A stretch of 38,116 nucleotides of DNA from a virus. Lineage: Duplodnaviria; Heunggongvirae; Uroviricota; Caudoviricetes. Location: the IMG/VR virus record IMGVR_UViG_2541047893_000008; one strand, given 5' to 3'. Position numbers and translations under genes: made by a program. Within the stretch, counting starts at the first letter, position 1. Every line of letters begins with the position of its first letter. The notes beneath the pieces are model-generated. The model saw only the letters and a program-made list of their open reading frames with translations, did not search any database and was not told the origin of the DNA. Positions 35,959 to 38,116 of the stretch are shown piece by piece.

Positions 35959-36852
35959 ATGAAAAATATAATTTTTTCTATAGGTGCATCATTTATATCA
36001 ATTAGTGTACTGCCTGTTCACGCAGCAACTGAACATAAGAACTTCAATGCAGTACTTCAGTGCCGAGCAATAGAAAATAATAAAGACAGACTTTCTTGTT
36101 ACGATAAGTCAATACAACCGACTCGAACGAAAGTTGCTGAAAAATTCGAAAGCAGAGATCAATGCCCTGATGAGAAAGATGATGATAGACGTTTATCTTG
36201 TTATGATCGTTTCTTTTCTCCAACATTTACTCCATCTGTAAACTCAAAATCTAAAACGGAAAAGCCAGTAACAACAGAGGCTCAGCAACCAAATCTTTCT
36301 GAGATATCTAAATGTCGTGCAGAAAATGATAAAGAAGCCAGACTAAACTGCTACGATAAACTATTCCCACAGGATAAAATCGCTCAAGCTGAATCAAAAT
36401 TAGAGAAAGCCACAGATGTAGGAAAATGGCACACATCCATTACTACATCGCCAATTGATGATTCGAAAAATGTAATTTTATCGTTAGAAAGTGATGATTA
36501 TATCAGAACTCCATTTGGAGAAGCGGTTACTCCTACTCTTTTTATAGCTTGCCGAGAAAAGAAAACCGAAGTATTTCTTAGTTGGGATGTATATTTAGGC
36601 CTTGAACAAACCAGCATGCTTTATCGCCTTGATAAACAGAAAGCAGTTGAGCGAAACTGGCTAGTATCTACAGATACAAAGGCTGTTTTTTATAAAGGTA
36701 ATGACATTGATTTCATCCGAAAACTAGCCAACTCAAGCAAAATGTATACAAAAATAACGCCTTATAATGAGAGCCCCGTAAGTGCAACTTTCAATTTAAA
36801 CGGCCTGTCAAACGCGCTAAAACCGCTTCAAGCTGCTTGTAACTGGAAATAG
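35959..36852 (+). CDS. Secreted/periplasmic protein with three Cys-containing repeats, AT-rich cargo
   Basis: 297 aa; signal peptide (MKNIIFSIGASFISISVLPVHA); three copies of a roughly 35-aa motif C-x7-9-(D/E)xRL(S/N)CYD(K/R)-x-F; start 4 nt after the zinc-ribbon gene stop. Confidence 0.7.
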   Translation: MKNIIFSIGASFISISVLPVHAATEHKNFNAVLQCRAIENNKDRLSCYDKSIQPTRTKVAEKFESRDQCPDEKDDDRRLSCYDRFFSPTFTPSVNSKSKTEKPVTTEAQQPNLSEISKCRAENDKEARLNCYDKLFPQDKIAQAESKLEKATDVGKWHTSITTSPIDDSKNVILSLESDDYIRTPFGEAVTPTLFIACREKKTEVFLSWDVYLGLEQTSMLYRLDKQKAVERNWLVSTDTKAVFYKGNDIDFIRKLANSSKMYTKITPYNESPVSATFNLNGLSNALKPLQAACNWK

Positions 36853-36882
36853 TATTAAATCATGTGGCTTAGCCACAATCAC

Positions 36883-36922
36883 AGATAACACAAAGCCCGT
36901 GAAAACGGGCTTTGTGTTATCT
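36883..36922. terminator. Strong terminator-like palindrome (17-bp perfect stem) closing the right-end cargo operon
   Basis: agataacacaaagcccg-tgaaaa-cgggctttgtgttatct, 30 bp after the stop of the 297-aa gene and 14 bp before the attR core. Confidence 0.6.
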
Positions 36923-36935
36923 GTAACTCGAAAAT

Positions 36936-36954
36936 GTGGTCACTGCGTGGACAC
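36936..36954. repeat. attR core (direct repeat of attL core)
   Basis: 18/19 identity with 11-29, located after the last prophage cargo gene and a strong terminator hairpin, before the host flk-like gene. Confidence 0.6.
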
Positions 36955-37120
36955 GCGCTGACATAAATCCTTTTACATCAATAAATTAAGTCATCATTTT
37001 TTTCATCAACAAGGATTTTCACGTTTGTGTTACCTGTATGAGACGAGAGTTAACCAGACAAGTGTGCCATAATCTCGCGGCCAGGCATACTTGCGAAGAT
37101 TTCAGGTATAAGGATACGTA

Positions 37121-38116
37121 ATGATACAACCTATTTCCGGCCCTCCTCCTGGGCAACCACCAGGTCAGGGAGATAACCTGCCGTCTGGCGCGGGCAATCA
37201 GCCTTTATCCAGTCAGCAACGTACTTCGCTGGAAAGCTTAATGACGAAAGTGACCTCACTGACGCAACAACAAAGAGCAGAACTGTGGGCGGGTATCAGG
37301 CACGATATTGGTCTGTCGGGAGATTCACCGCTGCTTTCGCGTCACTTCCCTGCCGCTGAGCATAATCTGGCGCAACGTCTGTTGGCCGCGCAGAAAAGCC
37401 ATTCTGCCCGCCAGCTTTTAGCGCAATTAGGGGAGTATTTACGTCTGGGGAATAATCGTCAGGCGGTCACGGATTATATCCGTCATAACTTTGGTCAGAC
37501 GCCGCTGAATCAGCTCTCACCGGAGCAATTAAAAACCATTCTCACCCTGTTGCAGGAAGGGAAGATGGTTATTCCGCAACCACAGCAGCGCGAGGCGACC
37601 GACCGTCCTTTATTACCGGCGGAGCACAATGCGCTCAAACAGCTGGTGACCAAACTTGCGGCAGCAACGGGGGAACCCAGCAAACAGATCTGGCAATCGA
37701 TGCTGGAACTTTCCGGGGTGAAAGATGGCGAGTTAATTCCAGCGAAACTGTTTAACCATCTGGTGACCTGGCTACAGGCGCGTCAGACGCTAAGCCAGCA
37801 AAATACGCCGACGCTTGAATCACTACAGATGGCGCTGAAACAACCTTTAGATGCCAGTGAACTGGCGGCGTTATCGGCATATATCCAGCAAAAATATGGC
37901 CTTTCTGCGCAATCATCGCTTTCTTCTGCCCAGGCCGAGGATATTCTTAACCAGCTTTATCAACGGCGGGTTAAAGGGATTGAGCCGCGTGATATGCAAC
38001 CGCTGCTTAATCCTTTTCCACCGATGATGGACACGTTGCAAAATATGGCAACGCGTCCCGCGCTGTGGATACTGTTAGTCGCGATTATCCTGATGCTGGT
38101 CTGGCTGGTTCGTTAA
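37121..38116 (+). CDS. flk: Host gene: flagellar regulator Flk-like protein (C-terminally membrane-anchored)
   Basis: 331-aa ORF outside the prophage; Pro/Gln-rich N-terminus (PPPGQPPGQGDNLPSG) and single C-terminal TM anchor (ALWILLVAIILMLVWLVR), as I recall for enterobacterial Flk. Stop at the last base of the window. Confidence 0.75.
   Translation: MIQPISGPPPGQPPGQGDNLPSGAGNQPLSSQQRTSLESLMTKVTSLTQQQRAELWAGIRHDIGLSGDSPLLSRHFPAAEHNLAQRLLAAQKSHSARQLLAQLGEYLRLGNNRQAVTDYIRHNFGQTPLNQLSPEQLKTILTLLQEGKMVIPQPQQREATDRPLLPAEHNALKQLVTKLAAATGEPSKQIWQSMLELSGVKDGELIPAKLFNHLVTWLQARQTLSQQNTPTLESLQMALKQPLDASELAALSAYIQQKYGLSAQSSLSSAQAEDILNQLYQRRVKGIEPRDMQPLLNPFPPMMDTLQNMATRPALWILLVAIILMLVWLVR

Larger units (their letters stand above)
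1..36954. mobile_element. Integrated P2-like temperate prophage, attL to attR
   Basis: Complete P2-type gene set in near-canonical synteny (int, C, cox, A, Q, P, O, N, M, L, X, lysis, R, S, V, W, J, I, H, FI, FII, E/E', T, U, D, ogr), flanked by 19-bp direct repeats at 11-29 and 36936-36954; host-like gene immediately beyond attR. Confidence 0.85.

Noticed and set aside
36860-36960. Possible tRNA at the right attachment site
   Set aside because: The palindromes here form a simple terminator hairpin; no cloverleaf, anticodon arm or CCA-like end recognisable, so no tRNA is called.
1-38116. CRISPR arrays, rRNA genes, IS elements or transposase genes
   Set aside because: No regularly spaced short repeats, no rRNA-like conserved blocks and no transposase-like ORF were seen; the only mobile element is the prophage itself.

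Overview
The window is almost entirely one integrated P2-like (Peduovirus-type) temperate prophage of about 36.9 kb, followed by a host gene resembling the flagellar regulator flk. A 19-bp direct repeat (one mismatch) marks the ends: attL core at about 11-29, overlapping the 3-prime end of int, and attR core at about 36936-36954. Gene order along the + strand: int and C repressor (leftward); cox plus a string of small early genes; rolling-circle replication protein A; a cargo hotspot between A and the portal gene; cos region; portal Q and large terminase P (leftward); scaffold O, major capsid N, small terminase M, head completion L; lysis cassette (X, holin, M15-peptidase endolysin, overlapping spanins); tail completion and baseplate R, S, V, W, J, I; tail fibre H; a Gin/Pin-family invertible fibre segment with its invertase; the tail sheath-tube-E/E'-tape measure-U block, which lies in inverted orientation relative to canonical P2; D and ogr; then right-end cargo before attR. 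The most interesting material is cargo. (1) The A-Q hotspot holds a ParM-like actin-fold ATPase with a small ParR-like partner (a type II plasmid partition pair), and a convergent AT-rich two-gene module of membrane proteins with no recognisable family. (2) The invertible fibre segment has bona fide gix-like crossover sites but its coding content is broken by frameshifts and stops in both orientations, while the rest of the prophage is intact. (3) The ogr-attR interval carries a Hok/Gef-like small toxin ORF and an AT-rich pair (zinc-ribbon membrane protein plus secreted Cys-repeat protein). No CRISPR array, rRNA or tRNA was recognised. Coordinates are anchored to the supplied ORF track; sites I located by reading the raw text may be off by 1-2 nt.
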